A stretch of DNA of 24,000 nucleotides from Paenibacillus profundus (GCF_021369635.1 NZ_JAJNBZ010000003.1:1-24000); one strand, 5' to 3'; positions 8,295 through 17,598 are shown, counted from the first letter of the stretch. Program-made: numbers and translations. Notes: a model not told the origin generated them from the letters alone.

Positions 8295-8329
8295 GGGCAT
8301 TTGTACCGATACAGATGCCCTTTTTTTTT
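8295..8329 (+). terminator. Rho-independent terminator
   Basis: GGGCATTTGT-accgat-ACAGATGCCC (one G-U pair) followed by T9. It lies about 180 nt after the ynfA stop. Confidence 0.7.
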
Positions 8330-8521
8330 ATTGCTTCATAAGACCGCTAGATTTAATATGATGGCAAGCGGCCTGACCGAAGCTTTGCATGCAAGCAAGA
8401 TAGAGAAATGATGATCCTGATGATAAACAGACAACACCGTTTATTTGCTGCTGTACTTTAAGGGGCGTACTGTCCGGACCGCATTTTGACAAAATATATT
8501 TTTTAAAGTGAGGACTTGTTC

Positions 8522-9394
8522 ATGAACAGGATAAATTACTTGCTGTTGCTAGGTATCGGCTTGATCTGGGGTTCGCAATTTTTCTTTGTCGACTTGGTAA
8601 TCAATTCCATAACGCCAATTACATTAGCCGCCTGCAAAGCATTGCTAGGTACCATCACACTTGCCACATTACATTTGTTTTCCGGTAAAAAGGAGAGAAC
8701 ACAAGGACAATCCGGAATATGGAAATCACTTATCTGGATTGGAGTGCTGGAGGCGGTTGTGCCTTTCATCTTGATCGGTTGGGGACAGCAGTATATTAAC
8801 AGCAGCACTGCTTCTATTTTATTGGGCACCGTGCCGATTTTTACGATTATTTTTGTTAAAATTTTCGCGCCGAACGAAAAGCTGCCATTCAAGAAATGGA
8901 TAAGCGTTATCATGGGATTTGGAGGCTTATGCCTGCTGTTTGCCCCTGATATTTCTTCAATCTCTTTTGCTGGGAATTTTATGGGTTATGGCGCTTTATT
9001 AGGAGCATCTCTCAGCTTTGCGGTGTCGCTGCTTCTGATTAAGCGTCTCCCTCCTATGTCTTCGATTGTGGCTATGCGAAATGTGTTATTTGTTGCGTCG
9101 GTCATTTTATTGCCGCTTGCTTTTATTTTTGAAGATCCATTACGTGTGCAATTGAGCTGGCAGCAAATCCTTGACGTTATTATACTGGGTGTGTTACAGG
9201 CTGGAATCGTATACATGCTGTACAATATTTTGATTAGGCGAACAAGCGCCGCATTTGCATCGCTCACTAACTATTTGGTGCCTCTGTTCGGTATTTTGTT
9301 AGGAACAATAGTGTTGGGTGATCAGTTAACATGGAATGCTATCGCTGCGCTATTCGTTATTTTAGTTTCCTTAGCAGTCGGTGAAAAAAGCTAG
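8522..9394 (+). CDS. EamA/DMT-superfamily permease
   Basis: About 10 TM segments with a duplicated EamA-like architecture. ATG 8522 is preferred, with SD GTGAGGA 7 nt upstream. The track start is TTG 8516. Confidence 0.75.
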   Translation: MNRINYLLLLGIGLIWGSQFFFVDLVINSITPITLAACKALLGTITLATLHLFSGKKERTQGQSGIWKSLIWIGVLEAVVPFILIGWGQQYINSSTASILLGTVPIFTIIFVKIFAPNEKLPFKKWISVIMGFGGLCLLFAPDISSISFAGNFMGYGALLGASLSFAVSLLLIKRLPPMSSIVAMRNVLFVASVILLPLAFIFEDPLRVQLSWQQILDVIILGVLQAGIVYMLYNILIRRTSAAFASLTNYLVPLFGILLGTIVLGDQLTWNAIAALFVILVSLAVGEKS

Positions 9395-9718
9395 ACTGCC
9401 ACCAGCCATCAACAACCTTGAGAATTTTATTTCCCATTCAATTCCCCCAGCATTTCACATCATATCAATAGAGGTGATATCTTAACTCTCCATTCTCCAG
9501 AATTCTGGGGCACAGTTCCTTTGAAATGGTCTCTCTGGATTTTGTCCGAAAAAGCCTCCACAGCCACTGTCAAAGTAGAGTTGGAGGCCCGCTCGATATG
9601 CCGCAGGAAGGCCATCGTGAGAAGCTAGACCATCCTGAATGCATACAGGTGTGTCCCAGAATAGAAATAGGGTCGGAGAACCAGAAACGCCATCCGTCTA
9701 TTTCATATAACCGATTGT

Positions 9719-10765
9719 TCAGTACTCATGCAATAAATGCTCCAACTCGATTTCATGATCGATTTTCAGCTCAAAACGGTTTCTTAATTCATAGTATTTC
9801 TCCAAAAGACTGTTCTGCAACCCGAAATGATCGATAATCAATCCGATAATCGACTCATCTTTATGTGGAGTAGGCCAGCTGAATAAATCCTGATAGATCT
9901 CCCGGATGGATTCATTATTTTGACAGGCGAACCGGATTGGTTGTTTATGGTAAGTCAGTTTTAGGCTCAGCATTTCATAGAGAACGTCCAAACGATAATC
10001 CAGTTCTGTTCTGTCCTCCATAAACACAGGAGCATGTTTGATATCCCCAATCAGCTCCTTGAAGGTCAATCCGACGTGCTGCATGGACACATAAGACCAA
10101 ATGCAGGTTCCTGTGCCCGTACCGTGCGCCTCCCAATTCGGACTCCATAAAATATGTTTGAGCACATCCTTCTGGCCGGTTCCAAACAAAGCGATGCCTA
10201 ATATAATTCCGGCGTTGCAATCGGTTGAAGCCGCGTGTTCTCCCCAATCCGCCAATCGGGGGACGATTTCAGGAGCGGCGCATTTAAAGCTCAGGGCCGG
10301 CAAAAATTCGTGGAATAAACTTTGACCGACCCATTTTTCTAGTTTCGACTTAATCAGATCCTTGTAAGGATCGCAGGGCAGATGGAGCAGCCCCATGCAG
10401 GCGCTCATCGATAAGCCCCAATCATCCGCTTCCATATAAGATATGAGCTGCTCCGTACAATCGGTGAAGCCAAGGTAGCCCAACACATGCAGGATATCAT
10501 CCGGAATCCCTTCTCTTAGCTCGTTATGGTAAAAACAGTTGTTATGAAGCTCTTTCGCCAGCTTTTCGTTACCATGCTTCATGATGGGATACAACAAGCT
10601 GCCGTTAAAGTCAGCCGGACTTTCAAGAAACCATTGAGCAAGGGCGATCGCGTCATCGATACTTCCGTATTTGGCAATGATATCTGCATACGCGGATACG
10701 ATTCCTGCATCCAATCTGTTGTTATGACGGTTTAAATGTATAAGCTTTTGGGTTATTTGAATCAT
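9719..10765 (-). CDS. Hypothetical protein, 348 aa, probably all-alpha (HEAT-like by eye), no recognised family
   Basis: A long ORF with SD GGAG 8 nt before ATG 10765. Its AT-richer codon usage matches its neighbours in this stretch. No catalytic motif was recognised. Confidence 0.7.
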   Translation of the reverse strand: MIQITQKLIHLNRHNNRLDAGIVSAYADIIAKYGSIDDAIALAQWFLESPADFNGSLLYPIMKHGNEKLAKELHNNCFYHNELREGIPDDILHVLGYLGFTDCTEQLISYMEADDWGLSMSACMGLLHLPCDPYKDLIKSKLEKWVGQSLFHEFLPALSFKCAAPEIVPRLADWGEHAASTDCNAGIILGIALFGTGQKDVLKHILWSPNWEAHGTGTGTCIWSYVSMQHVGLTFKELIGDIKHAPVFMEDRTELDYRLDVLYEMLSLKLTYHKQPIRFACQNNESIREIYQDLFSWPTPHKDESIIGLIIDHFGLQNSLLEKYYELRNRFELKIDHEIELEHLLHEY

Positions 10766-10790
10766 CGCATTAACTCCGGTTCTTTGATTA

Positions 10791-10919
10791 CTAATCCCAA
10801 TCCATGTAAAAGGATGCCGTCAGTTTGCCGCTTGCGCATTCGGGACAATCTAGCGTTCCGACAAAAACATTTGTGTGAAAGTCGCAATGACTGCATTTAA
10901 GTGTATAGGCTTCGCCCAT
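10791..10919 (-). CDS. 42-aa zinc-ribbon micro-protein (C-x2-C-x12-C-x2-C)
   Basis: Not in the supplied track because it is under 60 aa. SD AAGGAG, 8 nt, then ATG 10919. Translation: MGEAYTLKCSHCDFHTNVFVGTLDCPECASGKLTASFYMDWD, with stop TAG at 10793-10791. It ends 25 nt before the start of the 348-aa gene. Confidence 0.6.
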   Translation of the reverse strand: MGEAYTLKCSHCDFHTNVFVGTLDCPECASGKLTASFYMDWD

Positions 10920-11014
10920 AAAAAAGTCTCCTTTGACCGGCCTCTTTCGATCTTCCTGAACCATCCAAGGGAATAAACACCATGTAAATGTAAGTGGTTA
11001 CATAAATATCCCCG

Positions 11015-12754
11015 CTATGATGATGCAGCCGATGATTTGCTCTCCAGCCATACCTTCAGCTCATCCAGTTGCTGCAGTAATTGTTGCGAGCTGTCATCCA
11101 GCTGTTTGTAGCTCTGTATCGCTTCTTCCAGCTGTCCTTCATCAAATTGACGCGCTGCTTTGCCTGCCAATAGATGCATTTCCCGGTGCCGATCCACCAA
11201 GGCTTGAAATTTCGGGCTTTGCACAAGAGCAGACGACTTCTGCTCATGCTGCGCTTGAATCCATTTGCCCAAGCGGCATTGATTGTAGTTCTCCATCAAT
11301 TCAGGGTCGCTATCATCGTAGCCCAACAATCGATTGTATGTCCACCATTTCCAGAGCAGATGATCCGTCTTCATGATGCGAATCCACTGTGCGTCGTTCA
11401 TATGATTGAACCATTCCAACGAGCTTCGCCGCAAGCTTTCGACCGTTTTGCTCGTCGTATATATATGTTCTCCTGTCCGCTTGGCCATCTCCATCACCAC
11501 TTCGGTGTTCTTGACAATGCCTGCCATGTTGTTCGTTATTTCTTGCGTTGCCGCCGCTTGCTGTTCGACGATAGACGCGATTGTGTCTTCGGTTAACCCG
11601 ACCTCGCTCACCGAGCGCATCATTTGTTCCAATTGGTCGAACGCGCTTCTATTTTTATCGTGCTGGACTTCCATCTGATCCGACATCTTATTCGTTCGTT
11701 CTTGAACAGATGTTGCCAGCGTTTGAATGTTGCCTATCACTTCGTAGACATTGTGAACCGAGCGCTTCGTCTGCTCCGATAGCTTGCGGACTTCTCCGGC
11801 CACAACGGCAAAGCCCCGCCCCTCTTCACCCGCCCGGGCCGCTTCAATGGAGGCATTCAGCGCCAGCAGATGCGTCTGATCCGCTACCGAATCAATCAGC
11901 TGCACGACGTCGGACAAGTCTTGTATGGACTGCTGCAAATTCTCAAACCGATCTCTCGTATCGCGGAACATCTCCGTCATTTCCTCAAAGCCTTGAATCG
12001 TCTGTTCGACAATCGACTTGTTCTCTTGCAACGCGCTGACCATGCAATCCGTCGTTGTGGCTGCATCTGTCGTCTGGGACGATACTTCTTCAATCGAAGA
12101 GGTCAATTGTTCTGCGGCCGATTGAATACGCAACGCATCGTGTATCGAGTTATCTGCCGATTGAAGCAGCGAATGAATGCCGTCCATCTGGATGAGCATC
12201 TCCATCGTCTTGCTGTTCGAATCCATAATCCGATATTCATATGCAGCTTGATACGCTTCCAATACGATCTGGGCATCCAGCATTAGAATTCGATGAAGCG
12301 CCAGCGTCATCTGTGCCGCTTCCCCTGCGCGAAAGTCTTTTACAATGAGCGGGACGAGAAATTCATATACACGAAGGAACGAAGCGAGGAACCATTCTGG
12401 CTCCAATTGAATCCGGCTGTGCACTTGTCCGATTCTCTCGCGCGTACGCACATACTCGCCATCGAATGCAATATGCGGAATCGAACGTAAATAAATGATA
12501 AAAGTCTCCGTCAACCGTTTTCGTGTACTGTGTTGTTCAATGAGTGATTTCATTTCAGGAAGACGGAACAACAGCTCATAATGGCGCTCCGTGATAGCTT
12601 CGGCATACTTGTCAAAGTACGGGGCCAGGCGGCGCAAACATTCAACGTCTTGCGATGTAACTTGGAGAAACAGAAGCTTCGGCTTCAAAGAATCCAATGC
12701 GTCGACCGTAGTATCATGAATGGTTATGGGTAACGTTGGTTTGCGAAGAATCAT
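11015..12754 (-). CDS. Soluble methyl-accepting chemotaxis protein: globin-coupled sensor + MCP signalling domain + C-terminal CZB zinc-binding domain
   Basis: The N-terminus is HemAT-like protoglobin ([20 protein letters not shown]). MCP hairpin core is [30 protein letters not shown]. The C-terminus carries a CZB signature: DHLLWKW ... CRLGKW ... HREMH. No TM segment. The start is placed at ATG 12754 (AAGGGA plus 8 nt); ATG 12763 abuts the SD. Confidence 0.8.
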   Translation of the reverse strand: MILRKPTLPITIHDTTVDALDSLKPKLLFLQVTSQDVECLRRLAPYFDKYAEAITERHYELLFRLPEMKSLIEQHSTRKRLTETFIIYLRSIPHIAFDGEYVRTRERIGQVHSRIQLEPEWFLASFLRVYEFLVPLIVKDFRAGEAAQMTLALHRILMLDAQIVLEAYQAAYEYRIMDSNSKTMEMLIQMDGIHSLLQSADNSIHDALRIQSAAEQLTSSIEEVSSQTTDAATTTDCMVSALQENKSIVEQTIQGFEEMTEMFRDTRDRFENLQQSIQDLSDVVQLIDSVADQTHLLALNASIEAARAGEEGRGFAVVAGEVRKLSEQTKRSVHNVYEVIGNIQTLATSVQERTNKMSDQMEVQHDKNRSAFDQLEQMMRSVSEVGLTEDTIASIVEQQAAATQEITNNMAGIVKNTEVVMEMAKRTGEHIYTTSKTVESLRRSSLEWFNHMNDAQWIRIMKTDHLLWKWWTYNRLLGYDDSDPELMENYNQCRLGKWIQAQHEQKSSALVQSPKFQALVDRHREMHLLAGKAARQFDEGQLEEAIQSYKQLDDSSQQLLQQLDELKVWLESKSSAASS

Positions 12755-12993
12755 GTTGTTCATCCCTTTCTAAACTCATAAATATATAAAGATATGATCA
12801 TATTCACATATTAATTATAGTAACATATTCCTCCTTAGGACCATTAGACCTATTTTTTCGACTTATTTCGTGACAAAATTGTAAGCCTCGCGTAAGTCAA
12901 ATCGATAGGCGCCTTGCCGCCCCCTCTTCTACAATAAAAGTAAACCTCTACAAGGTAACGTCACTTATCTCATCGGCGGAAGGGGGAGCAAAC

Positions 12994-14580
12994 ATGAGTA
13001 AAATACAAATAAATCCATCTCTCTCCGGCTGCAAAATGTGCAAGCACAGCATAACGGTCATCCTGCTGCTTCTTATAATCAGCTTGCTCAGCGGATGCGC
13101 GCTAGGGAACAAGAGTGAGGCCCAATCCTCGCATCCTATGATTTCATCCTCCCCGATTCAATACGCTATCGAAGCAACTTGGAACGAACAGACGCATACG
13201 ATACATGCGTCAGCCAACGTCACCTTCCGCAATGCGCATGATAGAGGCTTACACGAATTGGTTTTTCATTGGTTTGCCGACAGCTATCGCAAGCCGGAGC
13301 TTCAGCCCATTCAATATCAACAACGCAACGAGCAGCTGCTGCTTGAGCGACAACATAACGCGATTGGCGACAACGATGTCTTCTTTGGCGGCGTAACGAT
13401 GAAGAAAGTAACGACAGGAGAGGGAAAGAGGCTTGACTATACCCACGCCAATCAAGCGCTCACTGTGAAGCTTGGCAAAGCTTTAGCGCCTGGAGCAACG
13501 ACCTCGATCCGAATCGAATATGAAGTACTAGTGCCTTATGGGGCACAGCGTTTATCATATACAGAACAGTATGCAGGCGGAACTTATTGGACGCCGCAGC
13601 TTGCCGTCTATGACCCGATACGTCAGGCTTGGAACAGGGTGCCCAATTATCCTGGCTACAAAAGCGACTTCTTCTATGCAGCCGATTATGATGTCCAACT
13701 GAATGTGCCGGCCGCTTGGACTTTGATTACGAACGGAACCCAAGTCGGGCGCACAGTGGAGCAGAACAGGCAAATTGTGCACACTCAGGCCTACGGCATC
13801 CGCCAGTTCGTATTTTATGCCAGCCCGGACTATCAAGAAACGAAGCATGCGTTAACAGGCGGCGGAACATTGTCGCTCTACACGTTCAAGCAACGGCAGA
13901 GCTCCGCGGGGGAGCAAGAGAAATGGCTCTCGACCGTCGAAGACGCCATCTCATTCTACAATGTTAAATTGGGAAAGCTGCCGGTGAAGCATTGGAAATT
14001 GGTCGAGGCGCCGTATCCGGAAATGAATGAAGGCTTGGACGGTATCATCCTCTTTGGCAAGCTTGGAGACAGCCAGACAGATTCGGATGCCACTGATGCC
14101 TTCGTAACCGATGACACGCTCCGTTCCATTGCGAAGCAGTGGTTCTCGTCATCAATCGGGAATAATGCGGTTACCGATGCGTTTTTGGAAGAAGGATTAT
14201 CTGAATTTGCCGTTCAATATTTTCGGCACGAAAGCCAGGGAGCGCCTTGGAAGCAAGTATCCCCGACTGCTCTGCCCGCGCAGCCTGTGACGACCTCCAG
14301 CATCTATCTGGATGAGGGTGCGCTCGAACTGTACCGTGTTAAAGGCGCGGCAGTAATGACGGAATGGGTGCGGCAAACGGGAACGGAAGCGCTGGATACC
14401 GTATGGCAGCGATATTTCACACGCTACGAAGGGAAGATGGCCTCTGTCGGGGGATATGTTAATGTAATCGGCCATGCGTTGGGACAGAAGGAGAAGGCTG
14501 CCATGCAGCAGCTGTTGTCCGGCACAGCGAGCGATGACGATCCTGGCAGCTCTGCCATAGAAGAAGGACGGAAGTCTTAG
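12994..14580 (+). CDS. Lipoprotein related to M1 (aminopeptidase N-type) peptidases, catalytic motifs degenerate
   Basis: Signal peptide with lipobox LLSGC. Where the M1 HExxH-x18-E motif is expected, the sequence reads RSIAKQWF...LEEGLSEF. The GAMEN position reads YPEMNEG. SD GGGGGAG lies 5 nt upstream. Confidence 0.65.
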   Translation: MSKIQINPSLSGCKMCKHSITVILLLLIISLLSGCALGNKSEAQSSHPMISSSPIQYAIEATWNEQTHTIHASANVTFRNAHDRGLHELVFHWFADSYRKPELQPIQYQQRNEQLLLERQHNAIGDNDVFFGGVTMKKVTTGEGKRLDYTHANQALTVKLGKALAPGATTSIRIEYEVLVPYGAQRLSYTEQYAGGTYWTPQLAVYDPIRQAWNRVPNYPGYKSDFFYAADYDVQLNVPAAWTLITNGTQVGRTVEQNRQIVHTQAYGIRQFVFYASPDYQETKHALTGGGTLSLYTFKQRQSSAGEQEKWLSTVEDAISFYNVKLGKLPVKHWKLVEAPYPEMNEGLDGIILFGKLGDSQTDSDATDAFVTDDTLRSIAKQWFSSSIGNNAVTDAFLEEGLSEFAVQYFRHESQGAPWKQVSPTALPAQPVTTSSIYLDEGALELYRVKGAAVMTEWVRQTGTEALDTVWQRYFTRYEGKMASVGGYVNVIGHALGQKEKAAMQQLLSGTASDDDPGSSAIEEGRKS

Positions 14581-14599
14581 AACCGCCGTCCTTTTATTC
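14564..14599 (+). terminator. Terminator hairpin between convergent genes
   Basis: AAGGACGG (14564-14571), 14-nt loop, CCGTCCTT (14586-14593), followed by TTATT. It overlaps the last codons of the lipoprotein gene and lies 5 nt from the convergent isomerase gene stop. Confidence 0.5.
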
Positions 14600-14603
14600 A
14601 TGC

Positions 14604-15476
14604 TTATTTATAACGTTTAATAAATTCTACCGCTTTGCGAATATCCGCTTCTGGCGTGTCGCCGACCTCGCGCTCAATCGTCAGGTAGCCTTGGTAGCCG
14701 ATATCTACGAGCGCTTGGAAGTAAGCATCGAAGTCAACCTTGCCTTCGCCGAGCGGCACTTCCTTGAATGGGCCTGATGTTGCCATTTCGGCAATCTTCT
14801 CATGCGACATCGGCTCATAACCGAGCATGCCGTATACATCGCGCGGATCGACCTCGCGCAGACGAACGCCGTCTTTGACATGAGTGTGAACGATATAATC
14901 CTTCAAGGTATACACGCCTTGAACCGGATCGTCGCCAGTTACCATGACCATGTTGGCCGGATCGAAGTTGACGGCTACCCCTGTGCCTGTCAACGTATCG
15001 AGGAACGACTTCAGATGCACAGAAGGCTCTGGCCCCGTCTCGATGGCGAAGTGCGCACCCAAGCTGTTGGCATATTGACTTAACTCTTCGCTAGCCTGCT
15101 GCATCGCGTAATAAATTTCATTTTCTTCATGCGGAACGATCCCGATATGAGTCGTTACCACATTGGTGCCCAGTTCGAGCGCAAGGTCGAGAATGCGCTT
15201 CGACTTCTCCACTTTTTCCGGGTTTGCATGTTTATCTTGGAAGCCGTGGCCGCCCAGATCACCGACAAGCGCGGAAATCTGCAATCCCAGAGAGTCGATA
15301 TAGCTGCGCAATTCTTTACGTGCCTCTTGCGATAAGTTGGCCGGATCCATCTCTCCGCTGACAGCATAGATTTGCACGCCATCTGCACCGACTTCTTTCG
15401 CTTTCACTAGTGCTTCTCGCACTGGGAGGCGGAAGCTGTCTGTAATGACACCGATTGGATTCGTAATTTTTGTCAC
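14604..15476 (-). CDS. Sugar phosphate isomerase/epimerase (xylose isomerase-like TIM barrel)
   Basis: Typical AP-endonuclease-2/XI-like TIM barrel pattern ([30 protein letters not shown]). GTG 15476 is preferred, with SD AAGGAG 8 nt upstream. The track start GTG 15485 lies inside that SD. Confidence 0.8.
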   Translation of the reverse strand: MTKITNPIGVITDSFRLPVREALVKAKEVGADGVQIYAVSGEMDPANLSQEARKELRSYIDSLGLQISALVGDLGGHGFQDKHANPEKVEKSKRILDLALELGTNVVTTHIGIVPHEENEIYYAMQQASEELSQYANSLGAHFAIETGPEPSVHLKSFLDTLTGTGVAVNFDPANMVMVTGDDPVQGVYTLKDYIVHTHVKDGVRLREVDPRDVYGMLGYEPMSHEKIAEMATSGPFKEVPLGEGKVDFDAYFQALVDIGYQGYLTIEREVGDTPEADIRKAVEFIKRYK

Positions 15477-15630
15477 GGTTACCACTCCTTAATGTAATGA
15501 TGGCTTACTACGATCGTTGAGCAGAAGCAGGACCCGAGTGACGCTCCGGCCATTTATAGGCATGTTCACGGAGGCGTGCAGCCAACTCCTCGCGCAATCC
15601 CCCTGCCACCCTTTCCGCTCGCACCTGCTG

Positions 15631-16698
15631 CTAAGAGTATACGATCTCCGTTCCTTTGGCGCTGGATTCGTAAATACCGCACAGCATCTTCATCATTTCT
15701 ACTCCGTCTTCAGCCGGACACAACGTCTCTGTACGGCCGAGGCAACAATCAATAAAGTGATCGACTTCATTTTGGAAGCCGCGGTTGAAGTCGAAGCTCA
15801 GATGGTCGATTTGCGGACTCATGTTCAAAATCGTATTATGCTTCTCTCCGAGAATGAGAAGCTCTGGCTCCACTTCCGCTCCGCCTTTGTCGCCGAACAG
15901 CTTGACATTAAGTTCATCCTGCTTCAAATGCAAGGAGAAGCTGACATCCACGGCGAGAGAAGCGCCGTTCTCGAAGCGAATGAGCGCATTCGCCATATCT
16001 TCGACCGTATTAACGTTCGCGTCATAATCGGATGCTTTATAGAACGATAAATTCTCAATATGATTCCGGTTGCCGAGCAAGTTGTACGTATTGCCGCTGA
16101 CCGACTTCACCTTCGGCTTGCCCATGAGGTACCAGCACAGGTCGATTACGTGTACGCCCAAGTCGATCAACGGTCCGCCGCCAGAGCGCTCTTTATCGCT
16201 GAACCATCCGCCCGGATTGCCAAGCCGGCGCAGGCAGGAAGCTTTCGCGTAATAAATTTGACCCAGATCGCCATCATCGATAAACTTCTTCAACACACGG
16301 GTATTCATGCCGTAACGGCGCACATATCCCACCTGCAGCGTCTTGCCGCTCTTCTTCTGCGCTTCCTGTACGGCCAGCGCCTCTTCCACGGTCATGCACA
16401 GCGGCTTCTCCACCAGCACATGCTTGCCCGCTTCCAATGCAGCAATCGCAATCAGGGCATGGGAGTTGTTCCATGTACAAATGCTGATCGCATCAATATT
16501 CGAATCGGCAACCAATTCCTTATAATCCGTGTAGATTGTCGCTTCCGGCGCGCCGAATCTGACGGCCTTCTCTTTCGCGCGCTCTGCGTTCAGATCACAG
16601 ACCGCTACGAGTTCTGCCTCGCTGTTTTTCTCATAACCGCCAAAATGCATTTCAGATATCGATCCGGCACCTACTACCGCTACTTTTACTTTGCTCAT
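15631..16698 (-). CDS. Gfo/Idh/MocA-family NAD(P)-dependent oxidoreductase
   Basis: N-terminal Rossmann fold (KVAVVGAGSISEMH) and an EKP motif (VLVEKPL). ATG 16698 is preferred (AAAGGA plus 8 nt). Confidence 0.85.
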   Translation of the reverse strand: MSKVKVAVVGAGSISEMHFGGYEKNSEAELVAVCDLNAERAKEKAVRFGAPEATIYTDYKELVADSNIDAISICTWNNSHALIAIAALEAGKHVLVEKPLCMTVEEALAVQEAQKKSGKTLQVGYVRRYGMNTRVLKKFIDDGDLGQIYYAKASCLRRLGNPGGWFSDKERSGGGPLIDLGVHVIDLCWYLMGKPKVKSVSGNTYNLLGNRNHIENLSFYKASDYDANVNTVEDMANALIRFENGASLAVDVSFSLHLKQDELNVKLFGDKGGAEVEPELLILGEKHNTILNMSPQIDHLSFDFNRGFQNEVDHFIDCCLGRTETLCPAEDGVEMMKMLCGIYESSAKGTEIVYS

Positions 16699-16731
16699 CA
16701 CTTTCATCCTTTCTATATATAAGTAATGTAA

Positions 16732-17598
16732 TTAAACTTCATTCCAAATGCGGCGGGCATTGTCCATCGCAATCTTCGTGCCTGTAAGGCAATCTTCCAT
16801 GCCCTCGAATTCGATGCTGACGTAGCCGTCGAAGCCCGCAGCCTTCACCGCGCGCACAATATCGTACATCGGCAAGTCCCCTTGACCGACAATCGCGCCG
16901 CGCAAGTAATTGCCATGCAGCGACTGGAACCAGCCTTGGCCCGGATTCCGGTCCGCAGGACGGATATAGAAATCTTTCAAGTGAACCATTGATGCCACTT
17001 CAATGTTGTTGCGCACGGCGATAAGCGGATTTTCATCCACACAGACGAAGTTGCCCACATCCATCGTCGTACGGAAATTGTCACGATTGACAGCAAGCAC
17101 AAGGCGCTTCACGCGCTCGCTCGCTTGCGTGTAGAAGCCATGATTCTCTACGCTTGTAATGATGCCGTAGTTGGCGGCGTGGTCGGCGATTTGGCGACAC
17201 GCTTCCACAAGCTGAGGGAAGTCCTGTTCGAAGTAAGCCGTTCCCGTCTCGCCGTGGACACGCGATGCCACATCATGACGCATCCGTGCCACACCCAAGC
17301 GATTCGCGACATCCACGTGCGCCTTCACGCGATCGATCTCGCGCTGCAGCTCTTCACCATTCAGACCAGCGAAATTGGCGCCGATGCAGTAGTTGGACAA
17401 TTCCAGACCAATTTGCTTCGCCTTCTCACGAAGCTGGTCAGCGAATTCTGGACGGTTCACCATATCAAAGTCCAAGTCCACGATTTCCGCATGGTCCGCA
17501 CCTTGTTCTTTCAGCCATTCCAACGCTTCACACACGCTCATCTTTTTCTGATGCAAAGCGGCATGCAAGCTGTAAATACTGACTCCTAATTTCACCAT
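16732..17598 (-). CDS. Sugar phosphate isomerase/epimerase (xylose isomerase-like TIM barrel)
   Basis: 288 aa with a TIM-barrel pattern (GADHAEI, VENHG, HLKD, VSIEFEG). SD GGAGTGAG precedes ATG 17598. It ends 24 nt before the oxidoreductase start. Confidence 0.8.
   Translation of the reverse strand: MVKLGVSIYSLHAALHQKKMSVCEALEWLKEQGADHAEIVDLDFDMVNRPEFADQLREKAKQIGLELSNYCIGANFAGLNGEELQREIDRVKAHVDVANRLGVARMRHDVASRVHGETGTAYFEQDFPQLVEACRQIADHAANYGIITSVENHGFYTQASERVKRLVLAVNRDNFRTTMDVGNFVCVDENPLIAVRNNIEVASMVHLKDFYIRPADRNPGQGWFQSLHGNYLRGAIVGQGDLPMYDIVRAVKAAGFDGYVSIEFEGMEDCLTGTKIAMDNARRIWNEV

Noticed and set aside
8486-8491. TTGACA hexamer upstream of the EamA gene
   Set aside because: No acceptable -10 hexamer lies at 16-18 nt spacing, and the position overlaps the SD region.
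9526-9837. 103-aa plus-strand ORF in the spacer
   Set aside because: It has no SD, overlaps the 3' end of the 348-aa gene, and has an implausible composition.
15517-16722. Plus-strand ORFs 15517-16050 and 16060-16722, plus smaller ones
   Set aside because: They are antisense shadows of the Gfo/Idh/MocA gene. The same holds for 17125-17589 (isomerase), 18460-19080 (amidohydrolase), 19439-20056 (ankyrin), 21098-21751 and 21848-22285 (mutS2-like), and 22690-23160 and 23185-23679 (AraC-2).
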